Source: Chiloscyllium plagiosum (lineage: Eukaryota). From it: DNA of 20,000 bases. This document shows positions 1 through 11,444 of this stretch, in pieces (the first letter of the stretch is position 1; every line of letters starts with the position of its first letter). The notes under the pieces are model-generated. The model did no database searches. It was not told the DNA's origin and was given only the letters and a program-made list of their open reading frames with translations. The position numbers and the translations under genes are program-made. The stretch is from assembly GCF_004010195.1 (NCBI RefSeq), contig NC_057758.1, forward strand, positions 965,349 through 985,348, read 5' to 3'.

Positions 1-127
1 TGCCAGAATACTGCATCGACTATAGCTAACCGAGCAAGCCTTCGCTTGGCCATTGCATCTGACCGGCTGTTCTTTGCCTGTGGGTGGAAAATGGAGCCGC
101 TGTTGGAAACTCACATAGACACCGGGA

Positions 128-1730
128 AAACCACTCAGTCCAATTCTGCCGTTGATTCAAGTCACTCTGCAACCTGCAATATTCTTCCACACTGAGCAAT
201 ACTCCAACCGCTTTAGTGTCATTTGCAACCTTAATAACCCATCCACCTATGCGAGCGTCAAAGTCATTTATAGAAACGACAAACAGCAGTGGTCCCAAAA
301 TGGATTCTTGTGGCACGCCACGAGTACCCGGACACCAGGATGAATATTTTCCGTCAACGACCACTCGCTGCCTTTTTTAAGAAAACAAGTTTCTAATCCA
401 AACCGCTAATCCACCCTCAATCACATCCCTCTGCATTTTCTCCAACAGCCTAGCATATGGAACCTTATCAAAGGACTTACTGAAGTCCGTGTACACCACG
501 TCAACTGCCCTACCCTCATCCACATGCTTGATCATCTTCTCCAAAAAACTCAGTGAGGCTTATGAACGAAACCACTTTGACTATCTGCGATCAAATTGTT
601 GCTTGCAAGATTATTATAAATCATTTCTTCATAATTATTTCCAAACTTTTCCTACAACAGACGTAAGGCACACTGCTCTATAATTACCTCGGTCATCTCT
701 ACTGCTCTTCTTGAAGAAGGGCATGACACTTGCAATCATCCAGTCCTCTGGTCATAAACCTGTAGAAAATGACGACTCAAAGATCAAAGAAAAAAGGCTC
801 CAACATCTCCTCCACAGCTTCCCAGAGAATTCTTGGAGAACTCCCATTCGGCCTAGGGGAGTTGTCTACTTTCATTTCTTCTGGAATTCATAACAAGTCT
901 TCCTTATTAACCTCGATCCTTTCTCGTCTAATATCTCGTATCTCATTCTTCTCCTCTGTAGTTCCCTTTTCCTGAGTGAACACTAATGCGAAATATTCGT
1001 TTAACACCTCTCCGATCTCCACGGGTTCCACACAAAACTTCACACTTCTGTCTTTGACTGGTCCAATTCCGACGCAAGTCATCCTTTTATTCCTCGCATA
1101 CCTATAGAAAGCCATAGTGTTTTCCTTTATTCTATGTATAAAGAATGCTCATGTCCTGTGTTTTTTCTCCTTAACTCTCTCTTTAAATCCTTCCCAGCTG
1201 ATCTGTAACTCTCCATCGTCTCGTCTCATTGTCACGTAAGCCTCCTTCTTCCACTGAACAAGTGATGCAATTTGTGTCGTAAACTATGGTTACCTTATTT
1301 TATCTGTTCCTCCCTGACTGCCAGTACAATATCTACCAGGAACACGCAATATGTGTTCCTTAAACCAGTTCCACAATTCGATTGGCCCATCCGCTGCATT
1401 TTGCTACACCATTCTATGCATCCTCAGTCTTGCGTAATTGCATTATAATTGCCCTTGCCCCATCGATAACTCTTGCGCTCTTTCCATCGCTATGCTGAAC
1501 GTTAGTGAAATATGGTCACTCTCTCCAAAGTGCTCACCTACCACTAAATAAAACACCTGGTCTGGTTCAGTACAAAGCAGCAGATCCTGTGTGGCCTCCC
1601 CACCTCCCCCCCTCCCCCACTTGTCGACCTTCGACATATTGTCTCAGGGAATCCCTTCTGCACACATTGGACAAGAACTGATCCATCCGACGTACGAGAG
1701 TTATAACATTTCCAGTCACTGTTGGGGAGT
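128..1730 (-). mobile_element. Decayed CR1-clade LINE ORF2 fragment (end of APE endonuclease through RT), truncated at both ends
   Basis: Minus-strand ORF pieces VVGEHFGESDHISLTF (APE C-terminal SDH motif), AFYRYARNKRMT..IGPVKD and GVPQESILGPLLF..KVANDTK (RT; FADD decayed). Many stops, frameshifts and deletions. Homologous to the plus-strand copy at 4117-6035. Confidence 0.92.
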
Positions 1731-2829
1731 GACCTCCCTGTTCCTTTAACTCCTACACAGATGCTCCTGTTTCTAAACTCAGTCCATACTACCTGCTTGT
1801 TAAAAGTTCAGAGGTGAGAATTTGACTGTCCTCCTGCACTGTAAAATTCCAAATCTGGAATGCTGAAAGGCAAATATAGCGCTGTGACACTTAACTATTA
1901 GCAATAGCGCAATAGTTAGCGCTATGGATTCAAAACGCTGAGGAACCAGCCTTGGAACATTGTCTTTGTACAGTTGGCATGTTCTTCCTTTCTCTGCGCG
2001 AGGTCCTGTTACATCAGCCGGTATTGTCCAGCAGTCCAGTGTTGTGTGGTGTTGACATGTTGGTCTTGTCCAATTGGCCTTACCTGTTCAGGAATGAGAA
2101 TTTTGGTGGATTAGCAACACTTTTAATGTGAGGTCATGGAAGTGGGTCTGGGCGTGATAATTCTCACAGGGTCGGTGGATTTTGTCTCTCAGCACTGTAG
2201 CGATTTCATGTATTCAGGGAGTCAGAATTGGAATGCGGTTCAGTCCTGTAACACAAACGTGTACAGCATTCAAAGAAGGTAAGGGGAAGAAGACGTTTGA
2301 GCATAAAATTGACGATGAAAGCAGAATTGGAACTTAATAGAGACTTTTGATCTGTGAAGCAGATCATTGCAGATTCCATTGACTGAAGATTTATTTTTTC
2401 AAAATTCGTGAGCCTTTCTGACATTAACATGTGCGTGTATTGCCAACATCATTTGTATCCTACCATTTTCTTTTCAACTAATACACATTTACTGTTGAGC
2501 TGAAAAGCCTCATTGGGATATCGCTGGCGAAACCAAATGCAAAATTATCACCAACAATTTCTGGTGTCGAAACTATTCAGGGTTGTTAGTACCAGTTGAC
2601 CATGAGTTCTCACTCCCTTCCGCAGGAAGTGATTTTACCTTTGTGTCTCAGTCGCACTAAACTGTGGGAGAACCAACAGATCATGAAGTGCACAATGAAG
2701 GAATGAAGACTTATCCTCACTGTGCCTTTGCCACTAACACCTGATGAGGTGCGAGTGGCAATATTAGTTCCAACAAATGAACTTGTGAGACAGCATTTTT
2801 TTTCTCTACTGATTTCTAACCAATTCTGT

Positions 2830-3125
2830 GGGCGGCACGGTGGCGTAGTGGTTAGCACTGCTGCCTTACAGCGCCAGAGACCCGGATTCAATTCCCGCCT
2901 CAGAGAACCGTTCTCCCCGTGTCTGCGTGTGTTTCCTCCGGTTTCCTCCCACAGTCCAAAGATGTGCAGGTCAGGTCAAGTGGCTATGCTAATTTGCCCG
3001 CAGTGTGAGGTAAGGGGTAAATGTAGGGGTATGGGTGGGTTGCGCTTCGGCGGGTCGGTGTGGACTTGTTGGGCCGAAGGGCCTGTTTCCACACTGTAAG
3101 TAATCCAAAAATCTACTTTAATCTA
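2830..3125 (+). mobile_element. tRNA-derived SINE, HE1/V-SINE-like (elasmobranch)
   Basis: Head GGGCGGCACGGTGGCGTAGTGGTTAGCACTGCTGCC; core TTCTCCCCGTGTCTGCGTG..TTTCCTCCCACAGTCCAAAGATGTGCAGG; LINE-like tail GGGCCGAAGGGCCTGTTTCCACACTGTA followed by degenerate (TAATC)n. Family name is from recall of the consensus. Confidence 0.88.
2841..2895 (+). promoter_or_regulatory. Internal Pol III promoter (A box and B box) of the SINE
   Basis: A box TGGCGTAGTGG at 2841-2851; near-consensus B box GGATTCAATTCC at 2884-2895. Confidence 0.75.
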
Positions 3126-4116
3126 ACCACACGCCCTCTGGAGAGTTAATTGTGGAGAAAACATATCACTTGATCGACTTGTACTTCTGACTCCTCTTTT
3201 GAATACTTTATTAATTTAGAAATTGATATAAAGGGCTTTATTACTACGCATCCTTCAACTGCTCTCTGAGATAATCTTGGTCACAACATATACAACATTA
3301 TTTGTGCATCAACTTAGGGTTCAAGCATAAAACCTAATTCGAGTAGATAATTATCTAAATCTGCAGATTCATACTCAATGACAGACATTCCTTTCAACAC
3401 AGAATACATCATAACCACGAATCATAACACAACAAAACTCCCCCTGATCACTGAAAGTAAGATGAATGATTTCCTTCGACTCTCCTTCACTAAGTGCCTA
3501 GAGCTGTCTCCACTGCTGGAAGCCCAGAGTCTCTTGCGAGTTTTTATTTGTCATGGCGATATATCTGCTGGTTTAGGCATTAAACAGAATCAGATTGGAT
3601 GTGAATCCAGGATTTTCAATGTAGTGAAAGAATACAATTGATGCCTATCCTGTGGATTGTAATATTTATAGCAATGGAGAAGAAAACAAAAAATCAACTA
3701 AATGGATTAATACAATAATCTCAACGAGCAAACATTGTAATTCTAATAAAGAATACTGCAAAACCGCACACTTGCATCACATCACTAAAATAAAATCCGT
3801 GTAGTTGATAACACGTTGGAGGTTCCAAAAGTAGCAATTTCTTTTCTAGTATGTAATTTCGCCATTGCCTTATCTATTCCTGCAAGCACAGAGTAGAAAC
3901 AACAATTTTTCCTGTAAAATGTTTGACACTTCTTAGCTGCATGAGGTATCTGATTGCATACATGTGATCAATTAACATGACAAATTCAACAGAGCCGATA
4001 TTCAAACAATGTAGTCCACTCTAATAAAGCAATTAGCTTCATTCCCGAATAAATAATGTCATCAATATTTCTTAAAAGAGTGACGGAAGCCTGGCTCTCT
4101 TTCAAATATTAATATT

Positions 4117-6035
4117 TGAATGTTCAATTGGCGCGATTGAGAGTTATAAGATAGCCAGAAAGGACCTGAAGAGAGAGCTAAGAGCAGCAAGGAGGGGACA
4201 TGAAAAGTCCTTAGTTGGTCGGATTCGGGAAAACCCTAAGGCTTTCTATAGGTATGTCAGGTATAAAAGAATGACTAGAGCAGGAATAGGTCCAGTCAAG
4301 GATAGTAGTGGGAAGTTGCGTGTGGAGGCTGAAGAGATTGGGGAGACACTGAATGAATACTTTTCGTCAGTATTCACTCAGGAACAGGACATTGTTGCCG
4401 ATGTGAATACTGAGTCACAATTAAGTAGAATGGATGGCTTTGAGGTATGTAGGGAAGAGGTGTTGGAAATTCTGGAAAGGTTGAAAATAGAAAAGTCCCC
4501 TGGGCCTGATGGCATTTATCCTAGGATACTCTGGGAAGCAAGGGAGGAGATTGCAGAGCCATTGGCCTTGGTTTTTATGTCCTCGCTGTCTGTAGGAATA
4601 GTGCCCGAAGACTGGAGGGTAGCAAATGTGGTTCCCTTGTTCAAGAAGGGGAGTAGGGATAACCCGAGTAACTATAGGCCGGTGAGTCTCACTTCTGTTG
4701 TGGGCAAAGTCTTAGAGAGAATTGTAAGGGATAGGATATATGAACATATGGATTGAAATAATGTGATCAAGGATAGTCAGCATAGTTTTGTGAAGGGCAG
4801 GTCGTGCCTCAAAAACCTTATTGAATTCTTTGAGAAGGTGACTAAGGAGGTAGACGAGGGTAAAGCGGTAGATGTGGTGTATATGGATTTTAGTAAGGCG
4901 TTTGATAAGGTTCCCCATGGTAGACCACTGCAAAAAATACGGAGGTATGGCATGGAGGGTGAGTTGGAGGTTTGGATTAGAAATTGGCTGGATGGAAGAA
5001 GACAGAGGGTAGTAGTTGATGGCAAAGGTTCATCTTGGAGTGCAGTCACTAGTGGTGTTCCGCAAGGATCTGTTTTGGGACCATTGCTGTTTGTCATTTT
5101 TATAAATGACCTGGAAGAGGGGTTAGAAGGTTGGGTGAGCAAGTTTGCGGATGACACAAAAGTCGGAGGAGTTGTTGACAGTGAGGAAGCATGTGGCAGG
5201 TTACAGCAGGATATAGAGAAGCTGCAGAGCTGGGCAGAAAGGTGGCAAATGGAATCCAATGTAGCTAAGTGTGAGGGGATTCACTTTGGGAAGAATAACA
5301 AAAAGATGGGGTACTGGGCTAATGGTCGGATACTTGGTAGTGTGGATGAGCAGAGGGATCTTGGTGTCCATGTACACAGATCTCTGAAAGTTGCCACCCA
5401 GGTAAATAGTGCGGTGAGGAAGGCATATGGCGTACTGGCTTTTATTGGTAGAGGAATTGAGTTCCGGAGTCCTGAGGTCATGATGCAGTTGTATAAGACT
5501 CTGGTACGGCCACATCTGGAATATTGTGTGCAGTTTTGGTCGCCATACTATAGGAAGGATGTGGAGGCACTGGAACGGGTGCAGAGGAGGTTTACCAGGA
5601 TGTTGCCTGGTATGGTAGGAAGATCGTATGAGGAAATGCTGAGGAACTTGGGGCTGTTTTCAATGGAGAAAAGAAGGTTTAGGGATGATTTGATCGAGGT
5701 GTACAAGATGATTAGGGGTTTAGATAGAGTTGACCATGAGAACCTTTTTCCACGTATGGAGTCAGCTATTACGAGGGGGCACAGCTTTAAATTACGGGAT
5801 GGTAGGTATCGGACAGATGTTAGGGGTAGATTCTTTACTCTGTGAGTCGTGAGTTCATGGAATGCCCTGTCAGTAGCAGTGGTGGACTCTCCCTCTTTAT
5901 GGGAATTTAAACGGGTATTGGATAGGCATATGGAGGATAGTGGGCTAGTGTAGGTTAGGTGGGCTTGGAACGGTGCAACATCGAGGGCCCAAAGGCCTGT
6001 ACTGCGCTGTATATTTCTATGTTCTATGTTCTATA
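4117..6035 (+). mobile_element. Young 5'-truncated CR1-clade LINE (HER1-related) with RT, 3' UTR and microsatellite tail
   Basis: KSPGPDGIYPRIL, NYRPVSLTS, YMDFSKAFDKVPH, GVPQGSVLGPLLF, SKFADDTK, RPHLEYCVQFWSP; ends in TTTCTATGTTCTATGTTCTAT. Confidence 0.96.
4139..5953 (+). pseudogene. CR1 ORF2 (reverse transcriptase) remnant in a single frame with two premature TGA codons
   Basis: ORFs 4271-4756 and 4763-5845 share one frame. It extends upstream (ESYKIARKDLKRELR..ENPKAFYRYVR) and past TGA 5843-5845 (VVSSWNAL..FKRVLDRHMEDSGLV) to TAG 5951-5953. Premature stops at 4754-4756 and 5843-5845. No endonuclease domain. Confidence 0.9.
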
Positions 6036-6126
6036 TATTTCAAACTACTTTAAGAAAATTTGTATCACAGGAAGCTGATTTTGAATTTTTATTGTGATGG
6101 TGTGCAAAAACAGATATAAAACTCTT

Positions 6127-7374
6127 GATAATTATATCGATTAGAATAATGTGGTTAAGGATATCAACACAGTTTTGTGAAGAGTAGGTCGTGCCTCACA
6201 AATCTTATTGGGTTCTTTGAGCAAGTGACCAAACAGGTGGATGAGGGTAAAGCCGATGACGTGGTGTATATAGATTGCAGTAAGGCGATTGATCAGTTTC
6301 CCCATGGTAGGCTAATGCACAAAATTAGGAGGCATTGGATTGAGAGCGATTTAGCGGTTTGGATCAGTAATTGGTTGGCTGAAAGAAGACAGATGCTGCT
6401 GGTTGATGGTAAATGTTCATCCTGGAGTTCACTTATTAGTGATGTCCCACTTTGTTCACTGGGTTTGTCATTTTTAGAAACGACCTGGATGAGGGAGAAG
6501 GATGAGTTAAAGAATTTGTGGAAGACACTAAGATCGGTACAGTTGTGGATATTGCTGAATGACGATCGCAGATCTGAGTTGAGAGGTGGCAAATGGTGTT
6601 TAATGGAGAAAGGTGTGACGTGATTGACTTTGGATGAAGTAACAGGAATGCAGAATAGTGGGGTAATGGCAAGATTCTTGGTCGCGCAGATGAACAGAGA
6701 GATCTCGGTGCCCATGCACATAGATCCCTCAAAGTTGCCATCCAGGTTGATAGGGTTGTTCAGAAGGCACATGACGTGACAGCTTTTATTCGTAGAAGGA
6801 TCGACATTCGGATCCACGAAGTCCTGCTGCAGCTATACAAAACCGTGGTGCAACTGCACGTGGAGTATTGCGTGCAGTTCTGGTCACTACACTATAGGAA
6901 AGTTGTGGAAGCTTTGGAAAGGGTTCAGAGCAGATTTACTTGGTATCGAGGGAAGGTCTGATGCAGAAATGTTGAGGAACTTGAGACTCTTTTCGTTTAA
7001 GAGAAGAAGGTTGAGGAATGACTTAATTGTGACATATATGATAATCAGAGGGTTAGATCCGGTGGTCAGTGAGAGCCTTTTTCCGAGGATGTTGGTGGAT
7101 ACCACGATGGAGAATGATTTCTTTGTGAGGGGTGACACATATAAGAGGTAGTTTCTTTACTCAGAGAGTAGTGGGTGGGGTTGGAGAACCATTTCCCACA
7201 ACCGGTTTTGACTCGCCATTCTTACGGACATTTAAGTGGCCATTGGATAGGTTTATGGACGAGAGAGAAATAGAGTAGGTTAAATGGGCTTCAGTTTGAT
7301 TTCACAGGGTGGCACAACATCAAGGGCCGAAGGGTATCTCCTGCGTTGTAATGCAGTATGTTCTATGTTCTGTG
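6127..7374 (+). mobile_element. Decayed 5'-truncated CR1 LINE (RT to 3' tail)
   Basis: KSRSCLTNLIGFFEQVT, QLHVEYCVQFWS and RRLRNDLIVTYMIIRGLD in broken frames; tail TATGTTCTATGTTCTGTG. Confidence 0.93.
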
Positions 7375-7424
7375 TCTAACATTTTAGGCATTGAAAGAAA
7401 ACATTCTAATCAGCCTCTAACTCG

Positions 7425-9126
7425 ACAGTTAACTCCCGAAGATGATTCCCGATAGGAGAGAGAGTGACAGGGTAGTTGCTATGGGTTCCTCAGACTTACA
7501 AACATTGACTAGGAATATATAGTTCAAGGAATTTGGAAAGGTCCGTTTTTGTCTACTATGTGCAGGACGGTTTCCTGACACAGTATGGGGACAGGCCAAC
7601 AAGGGGCGAGGCCACATTGGATTGGTACTGAGTCATGAACCTGGCCAATGATTAGACTTGGAGGTCGGTGAGCACGTGGGTGATAGTCACTCCAATTCTG
7701 TTATGTTTACTTTGGTGATGGAAAGAGACAGGTACATTCTGCACGGCAAGTCTCACAGCGGAAGGACAGGAAGGGAGAAAGTTATCGGTCGAAGGAACTG
7801 TGTTTTCTTTTTAAAGAAGTGGAATAACGTTTCAAGAGGAAGAACAATGTTTATGTTAGGATGAGACGTGACAGGCTAGCTATGAAAGACCTAAAGAGAG
7901 AGCTAATAAGAGCCAGGAGAGGCATGGCAATTGATGGGTGGGTAGGATCAAGGAAAACCCAGGTATATCAGTAATGATAGAATGACGAGCGTAAGATTAG
8001 GGCCAATCAAGAATACTGGTGGGAATTTGTGCGTAGAGTCGGAGGATAAAGGGGAAGCGCTAAATGAATATATTTCGTCAGAATTCACACTGGAAATAGT
8101 CAATGTTGTCGAGTACAATACTGAGGTACAGGCTACTAGACTTGATGGGATTGATGTTCACAAGGACGAGTTAGAGCAAATATGGAAAATGTGAAAATAG
8201 TTAAGTCCCCTCGGCCAGATGGTATTTATGCCAGGATTCTCTGGGAAGCCACAAAGGATATTGCAGAGTCTTTGCCTTTGATCTTTATATCGCCATTGTC
8301 TACAAGAATAGTGCCAGAAGACCGGAGGATACCAAATGATATTCCTGTATTCAAGAAGTTGAGTAGATATAACTGTTGACCAGTGAGTCTAACCCGTGTT
8401 GTGGGCAAAGTGGTGCATAACATTATACGATAAAAGGTTAAAAACCATGTGGGAAGTAGTAAGTTGATTAGGTATAGACAACACGGTAAACTTGCACAAA
8501 ATAAGAAGGCATGGTATTGAGGGATATTTCGCGATTGGGATAAGCAATTGACTGGCTGAAAGATGATAGAGATCGGTAGTTGATGGGAATTGTTCATCCT
8601 GGAGTTCAGTTACTAAGGGGTTACTGCAAGGATCTTTTTTGGTGTCATAACTGTTTGTCATTTTCAGAAATGAACTGGATGATTTGCTGGAAGGGTGGGT
8701 TAGCAAACTTGCGAATGACACTAAAGTCGGCAGAGTTGCAAATAGTGCTGAAGGATGTTGTAGGTGACAGAGGGAGATATATAAGGTGAAGAGCTTGGCT
8801 GAGACTTAGAAAATGGTGTTTGTTGCGGAAAGGTGTGAGGTGAATGACTCTGGAAGGCGTAACAGGAATATAAACTTTTGCGTTAAAGGTAAGTTTCTTG
8901 GTAGGTAGATGAACAGAGAGATCTCGGCGTCAATGTTCATCGATCCCGAAAAGTTGCCACACAGGCTTGTAAAATTGTTTCGAAGAAACACGGCGTGATA
9001 GCTTTTATTGGGAAAGCAATTGAGTTTCGGATCAACGAGGTCATGCTGCAGCTCTAAAAACTTCTGGTGTGACCGCACTTGAAGAATCGTGCATGTTTCT
9101 TGTCACTGCATTATAAGAAGAATATG
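7425..9126 (+). mobile_element. Decayed CR1 LINE ORF2 (APE to RT) with internal deletions, running into an assembly gap
   Basis: EVGEHVGDSHSNSVMFTLVME (APE end), KSPRPDGIYARILWEA and RT-region homology. An apparent deletion near 8485 joins the DSQHG-like segment to the LHKIRRHG-like segment. Confidence 0.9.
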
Positions 9127-10438
9127 NNNNNNNNNNNNNNNNNNNNNNNNNNNNNNNNNNNNNNNNNNNNNNNNNNNNNNNNNNNNNNNNNNNNNNNNNN
9201 NNNNNNNNNNNNNNNNNNNNNNNNNNNNNNNNNNNNNNNNNNNNNNNNNNNNNNNNNNNNNNNNNNNNNNNNNNNNNNNNNNNNNNNNNNNNNATGACGA
9301 GCGTAAGATTAGGGCCAATCAAGAATACTGGTGGGAATTTGTGCGTAGAGTCGGAGGATAAAGGGGAAGCGTTAAATGAATATATTTCGTCAGAATTCAC
9401 ACTGGAAATAGTCAATGTTGTCGAGTACAATACTGAGGTACAGGCTACTAGACTTGATGGGATTGATGTTCACAAGGACGAGTTAGAGCAAATATGGAAA
9501 ATGTGAAAATAGTTAAGTCCCCTCGGCCAGATGGTATTTATGCCAGGATTCTCTGGGAAGCCACAAAGGATATTGCAGAGTCTTTGCCTTTGATCTTTAT
9601 ATCGCCCTTGTCTACAAGAATAGTGCCAGAAGACCGGAGGATACCAAATGATATTCCCGTATTCAAGAAGTTGAGTAGATATAACTGTTGACCATTGAGT
9701 CTAACCCGTGTTGTGGGCAAAGTGGTGCATAACATTATACGATAAAAGGTTAAAAATCATGTGGGAAGTAGTAAGTTGATTAGGTATAGACAACACGGTA
9801 AACTTGCACAAAATAAGAAGGCATGGTATTGAGGGATATTTCGCGATTGGGATAAGCAATTGACTGGCTGTAAGATGATAGAGATCGGTAGTTGATGGGA
9901 ATTGTTCATCCTGGAGTTCAGTTACTAAGGGGTTACTGCAAGGATCTTTTTTGGTGTCATAGCTGTTTGTCATTTTCAGAAATGAACTGGATGATTTACT
10001 GGAAGGGTGGGTTAGCAAACTTGCGAATGACACTAAAGTCGGCAGAGTTGCAAATAGTGCTGAAGGATGTTGAAGGTGACAGAGGGAGATATATAAGGTG
10101 AAGAGCTTGGCTGAGACTTAGAAAATGGTGTTTGTTGCGGAAAAGTGTGAGGTGAATGATTCTGGAAGGCGTAACAGGAATATAAACTTTTGCGTTAATG
10201 GTAAGTTTCTTGGTAGGTAGATGAACAGAGAGATCTCGGCGTCAATGTTCATCGATCCCGAAAAGTTGCCACACAGGCTTGTAAAATTGTTTCGAAGAAA
10301 CACGGCGTGATAGCTTTTATTGGGAAAGCAATTGAGTTTCGGATCAACGAGGTCATGCTGCAGCTCTAAAAACTTCTGGTGTGACCGCACTTGAAGAATC
10401 GTGCATGTTTCTTGTCACTGCATTATAAGAAGAATATG
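7982..10438. repeat. Direct duplication of 1145 bp (7982-9126 and 9294-10438) separated only by a 167-N gap
   Basis: Constant offset of 1312; about 12 substitutions counted by eye; duplicated ORFs in the track. Confidence 0.95.
9127..9293. other. Assembly gap (167 N)
   Basis: Run of N. Confidence 1.
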
Positions 10439-10906
10439 GAAGGTTTGGAAAGAGGGCAGAGAGGACTTACGAGGATGTTGCCTGGTATGCAGGCAACGTC
10501 TCACGAGGGAAGGCTGAGGGTCGAGAGGCAGTCTTCATCAGAGAGAAGAAGGTTGAATGGTGCCTTACTTGAACGCACCAGAAGAGCCTTTGGGTCGGGT
10601 GGATAGTGAGAGCCTTTTTCTCGCATAGTGATTTCAGCACGTGGATGCAGAGCTTCAAATTGAAGGGTGAAAGATATCGGACTGATGTCAGAGTTGGGTT
10701 CTTTACTAAGAGTGGAATAGGGGCGTGTAACGCACCAGAGGAGTCATTAACTTTGATGGCATTTAAATTGACATTCGATAGACATATGGCGAGTACTGGC
10801 TACTGTAGTTTAGATGGACTTCAGAGTCGTTTCACAGGACGTCGCCACATCAAGGGCCGAAGTGCCTTTACTGCGCTGTTCAATGTTCAATGTTCTATGT
10901 TCTATG
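9294..10906 (+). mobile_element. Second assembled copy or continuation of the same decayed CR1, ending in the 3' tail
   Basis: 9294-10438 matches 7982-9126. It then continues through the RT C-terminus and 3' UTR (CATCAAGGGCCGAAG..CTGCGCTG) to the tail CAATGTTCAATGTTCTATGTTCTATG. Confidence 0.92.
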
Positions 10907-11444
10907 CCTGGGTAGTCGTATTTAATAAAAAAAAACAAATTAGATGCATATGAACAAAGATCAGTGAACTAGAAGGTCGTAATCGGATTGGCAGTCTGTG
11001 TTCAGAGAATACAATTGAAAAAAAAACATGATTATCATGGTGCAGATAAAATTCAAGTGAGTTACTTCATCGACATGGAGCTTGATGCAGCAGAACTGAA
11101 ATTTAACTTATTCTGCGTTCGTTCATGCGATTGCATTTGTCACTGGCTGGGCTGGCATTTCATGCGGTCACTATAGTATGTAAACTTAAGGAAATTGAAA
11201 CTAGGCCATGGATCCACTCTCGCTTATTGAAATGGATGAAGCGGAATGCAATTATTTTATAGTCGGGCATGATAGCTGAATATTAAAGGAGTGATCAAAA
11301 TACATTTGTTACCTGACTTTGTAATTTCATGCAAAATTCTTGACACCAATGCGAAGAGATGAAACTCGCTTGAATAGGACTCATGCTAAGAAGGATTGAT
11401 GCAAGTAACACGTTGAGGTGTGGTACATTAGGTAAATGTCTGAA

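Noticed and set aside
2084..2245. 162-nt minus-strand coding exon (TGTGTTACAG acceptor, CAG|GTAAGG donor)
   Set aside because: Stop codons in all three frames; at most a non-coding exon, and unsupported.
2830..2900. tRNA gene
   Set aside because: A and B boxes are present, but the sequence runs on into a SINE core and LINE-derived tail; it is a SINE head.
2722..3099. 125-aa ORF as a host gene
   Set aside because: Mostly read-through of the SINE sequence; no recognisable domain.
3378..3641. 87-aa ORF in AT-rich unique DNA
   Set aside because: No motif, homology or clear splice structure; the length is compatible with chance.
4777..5515. Minus-strand ORFs of 160, 104 and 66 aa
   Set aside because: Antisense shadows of the CR1 RT frame.
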